Below are positions 44,611 through 53,453 of a stretch of DNA of 64,000 nucleotides, piece by piece. Within the stretch, counting starts at the first letter, position 1. The number at the start of each line of letters is the position of its first letter. This DNA is from Pyrodictiaceae archaeon (GTDB lineage Archaea; Thermoproteota; Thermoprotei_A; Sulfolobales; Pyrodictiaceae), in assembly GCA_027036135.1 (NCBI GenBank), contig JALVSY010000007.1:1074884-1138883 (forward strand). Reading direction: 5' to 3'. A program made the position numbers and the translations under genes. The notes beneath the pieces are model-generated. The model saw only the letters and a program-made list of their open reading frames with translations. It searched no databases and was not told the DNA's origin.

Positions 44611-44845
44611 CAGTAGCTATAACCCTCTTTAGCGTCCTAAATGCAAACCTCAGGGTCTCATATACAGCTTCCAATGGTATATCGAGTTCCTCAGCAACCT
44701 CCTCGGGCTCCCAGCCAGCAGCAAGCATGTCCAGAATATCATCAACAGTTACCCTCGTACCCTTCACAGCAAGTCTACTACCGCGCCTACCAGGCACTAT
44801 CTCAAGCCACTTATAACCAGGCAAGAGAACCACATCAACCACCAC
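44594..44845 (-). CDS. DUF433-domain protein (antitoxin-like)
   Basis: VKGTRVTVDDILDMLAAGWEPEEVAEELDIPLEAVYETLRFA matches the DUF433 pattern G.P.I.GTRI.V..IL..L..G.s.eEI...yp.l..e.i..AL.YA. Confidence 0.75.
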   Translation of the reverse strand: MVVDVVLLPGYKWLEIVPGRRGSRLAVKGTRVTVDDILDMLAAGWEPEEVAEELDIPLEAVYETLRFAFRTLKRVIATAEIPS

Positions 44846-45091
44846 TAAGCAATACTATTAAGATACAATGCTTTTATACTCTCAGCTCGAAGTCAGAGCC
44901 CAGTCCTATAGTACGAGGATGTATGTTCTTGACTATTATGTAGCCCTTACATACGGAGGGAGCAGAGAAAGCATAAGCGAATTAACAGGGCTTAAGGATG
45001 CTATCCGGTTTCTATCACTCTATTATTGTTGATTACCGAGCTTTTAAGAGGGTGCCTTAACGTCCTGGAGTCTTCTTTGTCTTCTGATTGA

Positions 45092-45286
45092 CTACAGGTA
45101 TTTGTGTAGTTTTGATGTGTGGTAGGCTGTTATCACTATGACTGTATCGGCTTCTAGCTTGTAGACGACTATTAGGGCTTTATCGTTTAGCTTCTTTACG
45201 CACTTAGACTCATTGTTCTCGATAATCTTGTCTGGGTTGTTTAGGCAGGCCTCGATCTCTTCTCGGCTTATGCCTCGTTGCCTCAT
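45092..45286 (-). CDS. DUF4258-domain protein (toxin-like)
   Basis: MRQRGISREEIEACLNNPDKII...LIVVYKLEADTVIVITAY fits DUF4258. Immediately downstream of a DUF2283 gene. Confidence 0.65.
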   Translation of the reverse strand: MRQRGISREEIEACLNNPDKIIENNESKCVKKLNDKALIVVYKLEADTVIVITAYHTSKLHKYL

Positions 45287-45291
45287 ACGTT

Positions 45292-45645
45292 CTAGTGCGT
45301 GGAGTGTGTAGCGTATCTCCGAGCATTAGCCACCAGGACCTCAGGGCCCTCGATGACCAGCTTCTTCAAGTCTATATCCTTGCGGGAGAACCTTAGCACC
45401 TCTATCCCAACAATCTCCCCCTTATCATTAAAATCTACTATTATCCCTGGAGCAACCTCATCGGAGTCCACGACCTCATCGTCCCTCAGCCTGATGTATA
45501 ATGCATCAGCAACCTTGTCGTAACTAACCCTAATCTCCGCAAAGACCCACCCAAAACTAGGAGCTATACATGGTGGCAAATAAGGGTAATGAACAACCCT
45601 ATTGATAGGGGTTAGCGCATTCTGAATCTGTACCGCTTTTATCAA
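45292..45645 (-). CDS. DUF2283-domain protein (antitoxin-like); N-terminus uncertain
   Basis: SYDKVADALYIRLRDDEVVDSDEVAPGIIVDFNDKGEIVGIEVL is a strong DUF2283 pattern. The first 35 or so residues of the track ORF look non-native. Confidence 0.65.
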   Translation of the reverse strand: MIKAVQIQNALTPINRVVHYPYLPPCIAPSFGWVFAEIRVSYDKVADALYIRLRDDEVVDSDEVAPGIIVDFNDKGEIVGIEVLRFSRKDIDLKKLVIEGPEVLVANARRYATHSTH

Positions 45646-45700
45646 CGATATGCCTCCTAATTAGGAGCCAGCGTGGGATGAGCCTTGTTAGGCCCTGGCT

Positions 45701-46498
45701 ATGCCTAGGCTGTTTCCGTGGAGCATTGTCTATGTCGTAGCGTTTTTCGCTCAGCTCCACCTCCTTGTCCCCGGGTGTCCTGTGTTGGCTCGCTTTGATG
45801 TAATAGTGTTTGATGTCTGGGGTACTCTCCTGAGACTCGAGCCCATGTGGGGATTTATTGCTGAGGGCCTTGCCTCTGTGCTTAACAAGCCCGTTAACGC
45901 GACGCGGGCAGCTATTGAGCGGGTCCGTGGCGTTGTTAAGAACCGTGTAGGCTTCATCGCCGAGGACCATGTATCTTACTCGGTGAGGCTTCTTGCCGAG
46001 GAGCTTGGCTCGTCCCCGAGTATTGTTCGCCGCGGCATCGCCCGCGGCGTACTAGGGGCCTTAGGGCATGTCAATGAGCTGGTCTACGACGATGCTATGC
46101 GGGGCCTCGAGGAGGCTAGGAGGCTTGCGCGCTTCGTAGGCGTTGTTGGTAACGCGTTGCTGTGGCCCAGTAGCTATACGAGGCTACTCCTAGAGAAGAG
46201 CAAGCTCTCCTACTACATCGATGCACAGGTCTACGGCGACGAGGCTAGCTGCTACAAGCCAAGCCCATGTATATGGGCAAGGCTATTCGAGGAACTAGGG
46301 CTGAGTAGCCCGAGCTGCGTCCACATAGGGGACTCGGTTAGGGAGGACATAGGCGGCGCAATAGCTACAGGCTGTAAAGCAGTACTCATTAAACGAGTAG
46401 CTAGTAAGGACATTGAGTCCTCTGGCCTAATAGGGCTAACAATAATTAGGTCTCTGAATATACTCTCCAAGGTTCTCATACCGGAAACCAATACTTGA
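45701..46498 (+). CDS. HAD-superfamily hydrolase; start uncertain
   Basis: Motif I VIVFDVWGTLL (DxDxT variant DVWGT), motif IV HIGDSVREDIGGA. The N-terminal 25 or so aa of the track ORF are doubtful. Confidence 0.65.
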   Translation: MPRLFPWSIVYVVAFFAQLHLLVPGCPVLARFDVIVFDVWGTLLRLEPMWGFIAEGLASVLNKPVNATRAAIERVRGVVKNRVGFIAEDHVSYSVRLLAEELGSSPSIVRRGIARGVLGALGHVNELVYDDAMRGLEEARRLARFVGVVGNALLWPSSYTRLLLEKSKLSYYIDAQVYGDEASCYKPSPCIWARLFEELGLSSPSCVHIGDSVREDIGGAIATGCKAVLIKRVASKDIESSGLIGLTIIRSLNILSKVLIPETNT

Positions 46499-46721
46499 AT
46501 GAAATAAGCTTATATATGATATTTAGTATAATACACTATATAGTATTATGTTTTTTATACTTTTTCTTTCTCCCAACTATTGGACACAATGAGAAAACTA
46601 TTTTAGTTCGGGGAAAAGAGGACTGTACAACTTATTATGCAAAATATCTATACTATAGTATATTGTTAGAGTAAGGGTTTAAACTATTCCAGAACACCTT
46701 CTATAGCCTGGGTGCCTAGGC

Positions 46722-47255
46722 GTGTGTGCCACCGAGATTAAGTATGAAAGAGGCCGAATAACCATCGGTGAGGGCGTGGAGCGCTACATACTGATACCAA
46801 TGAGGGCCTACACCGAGATAATAAACTCCCTGGTAAGGCTTGTAGGCGATGCTGCTGGTGCCCCGCTCTACATGCTGGGCAAGGGCATTGGCCACGGCTT
46901 GGCGGAGGAGCTTAGGTACCGGATGAAGGGGAAGGAGGCAAGCGTAGAGGAGTTTGTGAAGGTCTATGCCGGGTACCTGGAGGAGCTAGGCTTCGGGAGA
47001 ATAGAGGTCAAGGAGTTCACCGGCGACTCCGCGACCATCTACATGTATGAGCCCCCGAGCATGGCTGGGATAAAGCTGGTAAACGGGGAGGCCAGGACGT
47101 GGCTCGATAAGGGCAGGAAGATATGTCACCTAGAGGCAGGAATGATGGCGGCGGCTTTCGAGGACTATCTTGGCGGCAAGTACAGGGGCATGGAGGTAGA
47201 GCACGGGAGCACCGATAACCCGTACTGCGTCATAAAGGTCGTTAAGCAGGGCTAG
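46722..47255 (+). CDS. V4R-domain (hydrocarbon-binding-like) protein
   Basis: C-terminal ICHLEAGMMAAAFEDYLGGKYRGMEVEHGSTDNPYCVIKV fits C...G...G......E..C...G...C. GTG start. Confidence 0.5.
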   Translation: MCATEIKYERGRITIGEGVERYILIPMRAYTEIINSLVRLVGDAAGAPLYMLGKGIGHGLAEELRYRMKGKEASVEEFVKVYAGYLEELGFGRIEVKEFTGDSATIYMYEPPSMAGIKLVNGEARTWLDKGRKICHLEAGMMAAAFEDYLGGKYRGMEVEHGSTDNPYCVIKVVKQG

Positions 47256-48121
47256 CCCCGGGCCTGGTCCAGGGCCTTCTCGTAGAGCTTTTTCACGAGT
47301 AGCTGAAGGTCACTTGTCTCGAGGCCTGCTACCTCGAGCCTCTTCTCCAGCGCTACCTCCATGTTCCCGAGCACTACCTCGTCTAGTCTTACCCCTCTCA
47401 GGGTATTGAATACGCTATAGATCTCTGTTGGTGGCGCTGAGTAGAAGATGCCGCTAAGCCAGTACCCGGTGATGTAGCCATCTGTTATCTCTAGGCTGGC
47501 TCTCAGCCAGTAGGAGCCTCGTTCAACCATGGCCTCTACATTGGTGGCTCGGTAGCGATAAAGCCTCCACGAATCCTGGTCGAAGAGCCTTGCCCGCGCC
47601 TCTATGTCGCTTCTCAGCGGCCTTACCCGGGCCCGGCGCGCCCCCCGTAGGAGCTCCTCAATGCACTCCCCGGGATCGCCCTGGCCATCAACTATCTCTA
47701 TGAACGCGGTATCGCCTAGCACTGTTGCGCCGTGGCCCCGGCTCCTCATGCATTGCGCCAAGACCATCATAGCGGAGACTGCGTCGCGGAGGCCACGGGT
47801 GTCAGGGAGAGCTAGTGCAAGGTAGTAGCGGCCCGGGCCAGCCTCGGCTCTAGGGCCACCCGTTATCCGCCTAGCAACCCGTTCCCCGGTCTCGCTCTCT
47901 AGCGCCTCGTAGATGCCATAAACGGTGCAGCTACGGGGCCACTCGGCATAGGCCACATAGGCTTCTTTGCTGCGAAGAGCATAGTCTAGGCCGAGCTCCC
48001 CTAAGCCAAGGATATCTGAGCACGTAGAGAGGCCTGGTGGGGGCTCGAGGACGAATAAGCGTGGAGCAGTTGCTGGCAAGACAAAGATACCCAGGAAAAG
48101 GGAGGAATAAGGATTATCCAC
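47252..48121 (-). CDS. hypothetical protein (289 aa)
   Basis: GTG start overlaps the corrected stop of the upstream membrane gene (GTGGATAA). Only a weak RRITGG resemblance to BPL/LplA ligases, with no catalytic Lys motif seen. Confidence 0.5.
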   Translation of the reverse strand: MDNPYSSLFLGIFVLPATAPRLFVLEPPPGLSTCSDILGLGELGLDYALRSKEAYVAYAEWPRSCTVYGIYEALESETGERVARRITGGPRAEAGPGRYYLALALPDTRGLRDAVSAMMVLAQCMRSRGHGATVLGDTAFIEIVDGQGDPGECIEELLRGARRARVRPLRSDIEARARLFDQDSWRLYRYRATNVEAMVERGSYWLRASLEITDGYITGYWLSGIFYSAPPTEIYSVFNTLRGVRLDEVVLGNMEVALEKRLEVAGLETSDLQLLVKKLYEKALDQARG

Positions 48122-48852
48122 TTATATTTTGGGCTTCCTCTCGGCGACAACGCTCAAGCTCGTACTCCTTCTCCCCCTGGAGCCTGCCCAGCTCCTCCCG
48201 GAGCCGGTGAAGCCCGTAGAGAAGCACCAATATACCCACAAGTGCTAGTAGGCCTCCTCCCCTTTACCTGGAATACTTGTAGGGCGTAGCCGATAATCCA
48301 GATAACTAGCCCTATCTTGAGCACGTCTCCACCATACGGGGGATACGCGTCTCCCAGTCTCCAGAGAGCTATGAGGACCATGATGCCGCCTATTAGCGAG
48401 ATAAGCGAGACAAGAACAATGTACACTAGTAGTCTGATAAAGGCCGAGGAGACCTCCTCTGCGCTTGCTCCCTTAAGGACGTTAGCTAAGTGGTTGCCTG
48501 CGCCTATGAGCACTATGCCGCTAAGAATGTTTCCAATGCCCTGGATGATTGTACCGGTTACGCCGATGCCGTAGTCCTGGCTAGCCATTGCTAGTAACCT
48601 GAATCCCTTATACATTATTGGCACCACTATAGCCGCTATAATGAGGTCAATTATTCCTGTACCGATAAGGAGGGTTGCTACAGCGCTGCTTGGCCCACTA
48701 CTAGCTGCGGAAAGAGTAGCAGCGACTAGGAATGGTATTGAAATGAATCCGAGAATGAGCGAGACGAGATAGGCCTTAAACAAGTAATTGGTGCCCTCTC
48801 TTTCCATACTTACCCTCTTAAGCTCCTCTTCTATGTATTTGCAGTGAGGCAT
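48114..48852 (-). pseudogene. integral membrane protein, frameshifted in a G4 run (C4 on the plus strand, 48259-48262)
   Basis: After ...QVFQVKG the track frame gives a Pro/Gly/Ala tail. Dropping one G yields GGLLALVGILVLLYGLHRLREELGRLQGEKEYELERCRREEAQNISG*, which ends in an overlap with the next gene's start. Confidence 0.55.
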
Positions 48853-48955
48853 TGTGTAGACCTCCTAGAGAATATATACAATGTTAACATATATAAGTAT
48901 CGTCCTACCCATAAATACTAATTTGTTACGAGCAAAAGGAGACAGGTAAAGGGCC

Positions 48956-49315
48956 TTAGTCCTCCTCGTATAGTACTATCCAGTATTTTGAGGCACCTCT
49001 TAGTACAATACTTTTCCTTAGCCTGTCTCTAAGCTCTCGTGGCGTAAGCGCTACGGAGTTCGCATCAATGTCTTTGTCCCATAGCCTGTAGAGCAGTGAT
49101 AACCTCTCTGTGTAGTTTACTCCTTCCCAGTCACTAGATACTATTACCAAGTCTAGGTCACTGCTTGAGGAGAAATCGCCTCTCGCATAGCTACCGAAAA
49201 GCGTCACAGCATCAACTCTTATCCCATGCTCCCCGAGCTCCAGCACTAGCTCCTTAGCCCATTCACGGGCTTTGGCCAAGAATTCTCTCCAACGTTTCTC
49301 GCGCAGCCTTAACAA
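48956..49315 (-). CDS. minimal nucleotidyltransferase (MntA-like)
   Basis: LFGSYARGDFSSSSDLDLVIV (GS-x-D-x-D). 119 aa. Downstream of a HEPN gene. Confidence 0.75.
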   Translation of the reverse strand: MLRLREKRWREFLAKAREWAKELVLELGEHGIRVDAVTLFGSYARGDFSSSSDLDLVIVSSDWEGVNYTERLSLLYRLWDKDIDANSVALTPRELRDRLRKSIVLRGASKYWIVLYEED

Positions 49316-49678
49316 CTCTCTCAGCGATAGCCACTGCTCTTCTCGCTGTTCTCTCGCTAATCACTTCATCGTGTACTCCCTCTACTATGTCTAGTACCTC
49401 GGGAGGTAATAGAACTGTGTAAGCTCATAGGCTTCCTCGAGCTCCTCATCGCTTAGGCCAAGGTTGCTTCCAAGTTCCTGGAAGAGCCTCCTAATGCTCC
49501 GGGTCTCTGGGAAATCACCCTTCGTTGCGAGAAGCACTGCTTTAAGCGCCTTCTCGGCGGCTTGCTGGGACCAAAACGTCGCAGCCCCTTTGTCTCCCTC
49601 TTCTAGGCTACTCTTAGCCCTCTTTAGGTCTCGTTCAGCGACACCTAGCCACCATAGTGCCTGCTCCCTTATCTTCAA
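49263..49678 (-). pseudogene. HEPN-domain protein, frame shifted at about 49392
   Basis: AAEKALKAVLL... and YYLPRY* in the track ORF 49391..49678. The adjacent frame continues DIVEGVHDEVISERTARRAVAIAERVVKAARETLERILGQSP*, the expected HEPN C-terminal helix. Confidence 0.6.
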
Positions 49679-49830
49679 CGAGGCTACACCAGGCCATCAG
49701 AGAGTACAGCCAGGGACCTTCTCTGAGCCCGTAAAGCTGGTATAGAGATACTTTGTATGCATCCTTACCCCTTTATGGCAAGAAGTAATTAGCTGGTATC
49801 AGTGTACCCACAATGTGCTTGGTGGAATAA

Positions 49831-50259
49831 GTGGAGAGTCGGGAAAAGGGTAAGAGGAGACCAATGTTCGCTACTGGCGAGGTGGTCGGGGACTATGAGC
49901 CCCTCTACCTTTACTGGGAGGAGGCTGGTCAGCGGGCGGCTGAGAGCGTGCTAACTACAGAGGACTTCGAGGAGCTGCGCAGAATAGTTGTTGGCGAGGG
50001 TGTTAGGAGGCTAGACGAGCTACTTGAGAGGCTTAAGCCACTCTTCCGTGGCCGCGTAGACCCCGAGGCTGCCCGGCGAGCCATGAAGAGGTACTATGGC
50101 GTAGACATTGATACCGAGACAGCGGTGGATCGTATTCTCGAGATACTTGCGGGCTGGCTCGTCGAGGCTGCTAGTGAGTGGCACATGCTAGCTCTGCGCC
50201 CAGGGTGGCGCCGGAGAGAGGACGAGGAGGAACAGGGAGAAGCGGAGAAACGTAACTAG
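49831..50259 (+). CDS. hypothetical protein (142 aa), acidic C-terminus
   Basis: Clean ORF with GTG start. No recognisable motif. Confidence 0.45.
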   Translation: MESREKGKRRPMFATGEVVGDYEPLYLYWEEAGQRAAESVLTTEDFEELRRIVVGEGVRRLDELLERLKPLFRGRVDPEAARRAMKRYYGVDIDTETAVDRILEILAGWLVEAASEWHMLALRPGWRRREDEEEQGEAEKRN

Positions 50260-51452
50260 AGGGCATGCTTCTCCGCGAGGGTCTTCTCAACGCTGCTTAT
50301 GAGCCTCTTTATAGGGGCTGGCAGCCCCGGTATATCTACGTGGATGAAGCCTCTTAGCAGGATAGCTCTAGCCTGTTCCTCGTCGAGTCCCCGGGCCATT
50401 AGGTAGGCTAGTTCATCCTCGTTGAGCTTTCCTATGGCCGCTTCGTGGCTTAGCTCAGCGCCCCGGGCATAGGAGCGTAGCACCGGCACCGTCTCGACAA
50501 CGGCTCGGTCTCCTAGTGGTAGTGCTTGGCACTCTATGTGCCCCCTTGTCCTAGGCGCCCAGGCCTCTATAGCTACGCGGTTAACAGCCTTGGAGTCCTC
50601 TTTGCCTATTATCCTAGAGACTAGTTCTGCGCTGCTCTCCTCGCCTAGGAGGAGCGCTCTCGTGTCAAGAGTATAGTTGGTCTCCTCCTCGGCTAGTATG
50701 ACTGAGGCCGAGTATAGCCTTGAGCCCTTCTCCTGCCTTGCAACGACCCTTGACTCTAGGATCCCTACGCCGCCATAGGACATGTAGTACTCGGTATATC
50801 TCGCTCCCTCTTCTAGGATTATCGCGGTTCGCGGCCTTACCTCGCTACCCCTGGTCCAGCTATGGATCATGACATAGTTCAGCGAGGCCCGCTTGCCGAG
50901 GTAGGTCTCGGTTGCGCCTATGTGGGCAACCCTGCCAGCGCCGTGGCTCGCGCCACAGCCCGTAATAATAGTGGCCTCTGCGCCATCGCCGAGGACGATT
51001 ATGTTGTGGAGGAGCTGTGTCTCACCACTAGCTGTCACTAATAGGCACACATAGATTGGCTGAGGAACCTTTACTCCGGGTGGCACGTAGACTAGGTAGC
51101 CCTTCCCCTCCCCATAGACCTCGACGAGAGCCGTATAGACATCGTTGTCGACGGGTAGTGCCCTCCAATAGTATTCTTGGAGCCAGCTATGCTTCTCCAA
51201 TGCCTCCCCGAGAGGCGCAACTATTACCCCTAGGTCTCTGAGGCGGCGCTCCATGAGGGTCTTCACTATCTCCTCGTTAACTTGTACATAGCTTGCCTGG
51301 TTCAGGGCGCTATCGAGTCCAAGTCTCTTAGCAGCCTCTACTGCTTTCTCATCGAAGCCTCTGAGAACCTTACTCACGCTAGTAATTCCGCGTGATCGGA
51401 GCAGCCTAAGCGCCCTCTCTCGAGCCTCCGCAGAGAACACCTTGGCTACCAC
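50256..51452 (-). CDS. sufB: Fe-S cluster assembly protein, SufB/SufD family
   Basis: C-terminal SHEAAIGKLNEDELAYLMARGLDEEQARAILLRGF is the SufBD signature. Immediately downstream of sufC. Confidence 0.8.
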   Translation of the reverse strand: MVAKVFSAEARERALRLLRSRGITSVSKVLRGFDEKAVEAAKRLGLDSALNQASYVQVNEEIVKTLMERRLRDLGVIVAPLGEALEKHSWLQEYYWRALPVDNDVYTALVEVYGEGKGYLVYVPPGVKVPQPIYVCLLVTASGETQLLHNIIVLGDGAEATIITGCGASHGAGRVAHIGATETYLGKRASLNYVMIHSWTRGSEVRPRTAIILEEGARYTEYYMSYGGVGILESRVVARQEKGSRLYSASVILAEEETNYTLDTRALLLGEESSAELVSRIIGKEDSKAVNRVAIEAWAPRTRGHIECQALPLGDRAVVETVPVLRSYARGAELSHEAAIGKLNEDELAYLMARGLDEEQARAILLRGFIHVDIPGLPAPIKRLISSVEKTLAEKHAL

Positions 51453-51455
51453 GGC

Positions 51456-52178
51456 CTATGCACCCCCGGCTGCCCCCCTCAGCCCTCTCTCCTCTAGGAG
51501 CTGGAGCACGCGACGAGGCTCACCACTAAGTCTTATAACCCCGTCAATCATTACGTTAATCCCCGAGACAATACCTCTCCCAACAAGCTCCTCGAGGAAA
51601 TGAGTAGTATGAGTAACTAGGAGAACACCTATCCCTCTCCGAACAGACTCCTCCACGACATCAGCTATAAGCCCCAACGAGTCAATATCAACACCGCTAT
51701 CAGGCTCATCGAGAAGCATCACGCGGGGCCGCTGAGCAAGCACAAGGAGAAGCTCGACACGCTTCCTCTCACCACCACTCAGAGAGCCAAGAGGCTTGTC
51801 TAGGAGATCCTCTACTCCGAGAAGCCTAGCATAGCGACGGAGATCCCTCCAAGGCCCATGGATCTTCTCCAACGCCTCCAGTATACACCTTGCTGTAACA
51901 CCCCTCATCCGTGGAGGAGTCTGGAACCCTAGCCCAAGCCCACGCCTAGCCCTCTCATAGAGAGTCAAATCATTGAGCCGCTGGCCATCCAGTAGCACCT
52001 CTCCCTTCACCACGCGGTAGCCTGGCAAACCCATAAGGGCGGAGAGCAAAGAGGACTTACCAGCCCCATTAGGCCCCATCAATACTTGTAGCTCACTGCT
52101 CTCAACCCGGAGCGAGACACCACGCACCACAGGCCTCCCAGAGGCCTCAACAAATACGTTGCGAAGCTCAAGCACCAT
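51456..52178 (-). CDS. sufC: Fe-S cluster assembly ATPase SufC
   Basis: Walker A GPNGAGKSSL, LSGGERKRVELL, Walker B MLLDEPDSGVDIDS, H-loop VTHT. Confidence 0.88.
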   Translation of the reverse strand: MVLELRNVFVEASGRPVVRGVSLRVESSELQVLMGPNGAGKSSLLSALMGLPGYRVVKGEVLLDGQRLNDLTLYERARRGLGLGFQTPPRMRGVTARCILEALEKIHGPWRDLRRYARLLGVEDLLDKPLGSLSGGERKRVELLLVLAQRPRVMLLDEPDSGVDIDSLGLIADVVEESVRRGIGVLLVTHTTHFLEELVGRGIVSGINVMIDGVIRLSGEPRRVLQLLEERGLRGAAGGA

Positions 52179-52328
52179 ACCAATTATACCCAGTTATTGT
52201 AACGAGTGAAAACAACACAATATAAGCCTTAACCCAGTCAGAGACAAAGGGTGCGGCAAAATACCTCCTCTATGACTCGTCAATGGTTCGCGTTATGCTT
52301 AGATAGGAATATTACGCATATATTATAT

Positions 52329-52778
52329 CTATCTAGTGGGTTGCCTGGTGCCTGGCACCATGGTTAGCCAAGGCACCCTATCGAAGTCCTTATCAAATGT
52401 AGCTATATGCGATACTCCATGATGTCTACACGTTATCGCTATGAGGGCATCATTGGGCATTAAGCTGTAGCTCGTCATAGTATTCACTAGTTCTTGGGGC
52501 GTAGCCCTAATAGGCAAGTTCTCAAATAGTTCTAGTAGTCCAAGAACCCTTGGCAAATAACCGAGAAGCTCGGGATCACTTTTAGAAAGTCGGTCGCGTA
52601 TCCTTCCTGCTGACACACCTGTAGCGAGGCGGAGAAATCCAATCATGGTCTCGCTAGCGACAATAGGATTTATGAAACCCTCCCACTCGCCTCTTACAAT
52701 CTTCACAATTATATCCCTTGCTAATGAATCGCCGCCGAGATGAGCTATTAGCACGCTAGAGTCAAGGCATATCTTCAT
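52329..52778 (-). CDS. vapC: PIN-domain VapC toxin (intact)
   Basis: KICLDSSVLIAHL (first acidic residue), PNDALIAITC, ATFDKDF. 149 aa. Confidence 0.8.
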   Translation of the reverse strand: MKICLDSSVLIAHLGGDSLARDIIVKIVRGEWEGFINPIVASETMIGFLRLATGVSAGRIRDRLSKSDPELLGYLPRVLGLLELFENLPIRATPQELVNTMTSYSLMPNDALIAITCRHHGVSHIATFDKDFDRVPWLTMVPGTRQPTR

Positions 52779-53001
52779 CCTCTATCTCCTCGATGACTCT
52801 CCATACATCCTCTCTCGTTAGACTGGGTCGTATTCTCTTAGCGAGCCCAAATGTCTCCTCAATGGCTCTGAGTTTTTCGTTCTCGGTCTCCTCTACGATG
52901 ACCTCAACGACAGCGCCTTCGCGGAGCCTTACTGGCTCAAGTGGTTTAAGGACACCTTTTTCGAAGCGGGCCCTAAGCCTTATTTTCATATTATTCCCCA
53001 C
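52762..53001 (-). CDS. vapB: DUF104-type antitoxin (VapB-like)
   Basis: FEKGVLKPLEPVRLREGAVVEVIV. 17-nt overlap with the PIN gene. Confidence 0.75.
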   Translation of the reverse strand: MGNNMKIRLRARFEKGVLKPLEPVRLREGAVVEVIVEETENEKLRAIEETFGLAKRIRPSLTREDVWRVIEEIEDEDMP

Positions 53002-53453
53002 TATATAGAAGGGGCTGATACTAACTTACTATTTTCTATCCTTATCTTATGGTACGGTTTAGAATGATTAAAAACAATCTTAGCGAGTTTTGTAAGGAAT
53101 ATATTTTCCTTGATATAGTATAGCTCTAAAGAATTTAATAAATATATGTAAGAATGAAGCAACTGTCTATAAATTAGAGACTTAGGAGTATCATATAGTC
53201 ATAGCCTAGTCGCAGTATAAGATGTTTCACAAGTATTATATGCACTGATAATGGAGAGATTAATAATGCTAAGAGTATGGGCAAACAATTTACCAGACGA
53301 CACGCTTTCTTAATCGATAACCTCTTACATACACAATGTCTTATTTAGAGGCATACTCTTAGGTAATGGCTTAGCTACATGCACCTAAATTAGGTTGATT
53401 AGTTATGAAGTTCTCGGCGGGCTAAACCTTAATGAGACTCTTCTTCCTCATTT

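Noticed and set aside
44333-44943. Plus-strand ORFs 44333..44632 and 44641..44943
   Set aside because: They are antisense to the DUF433 gene and the DUF5615 remnant and have odd composition. No start context.
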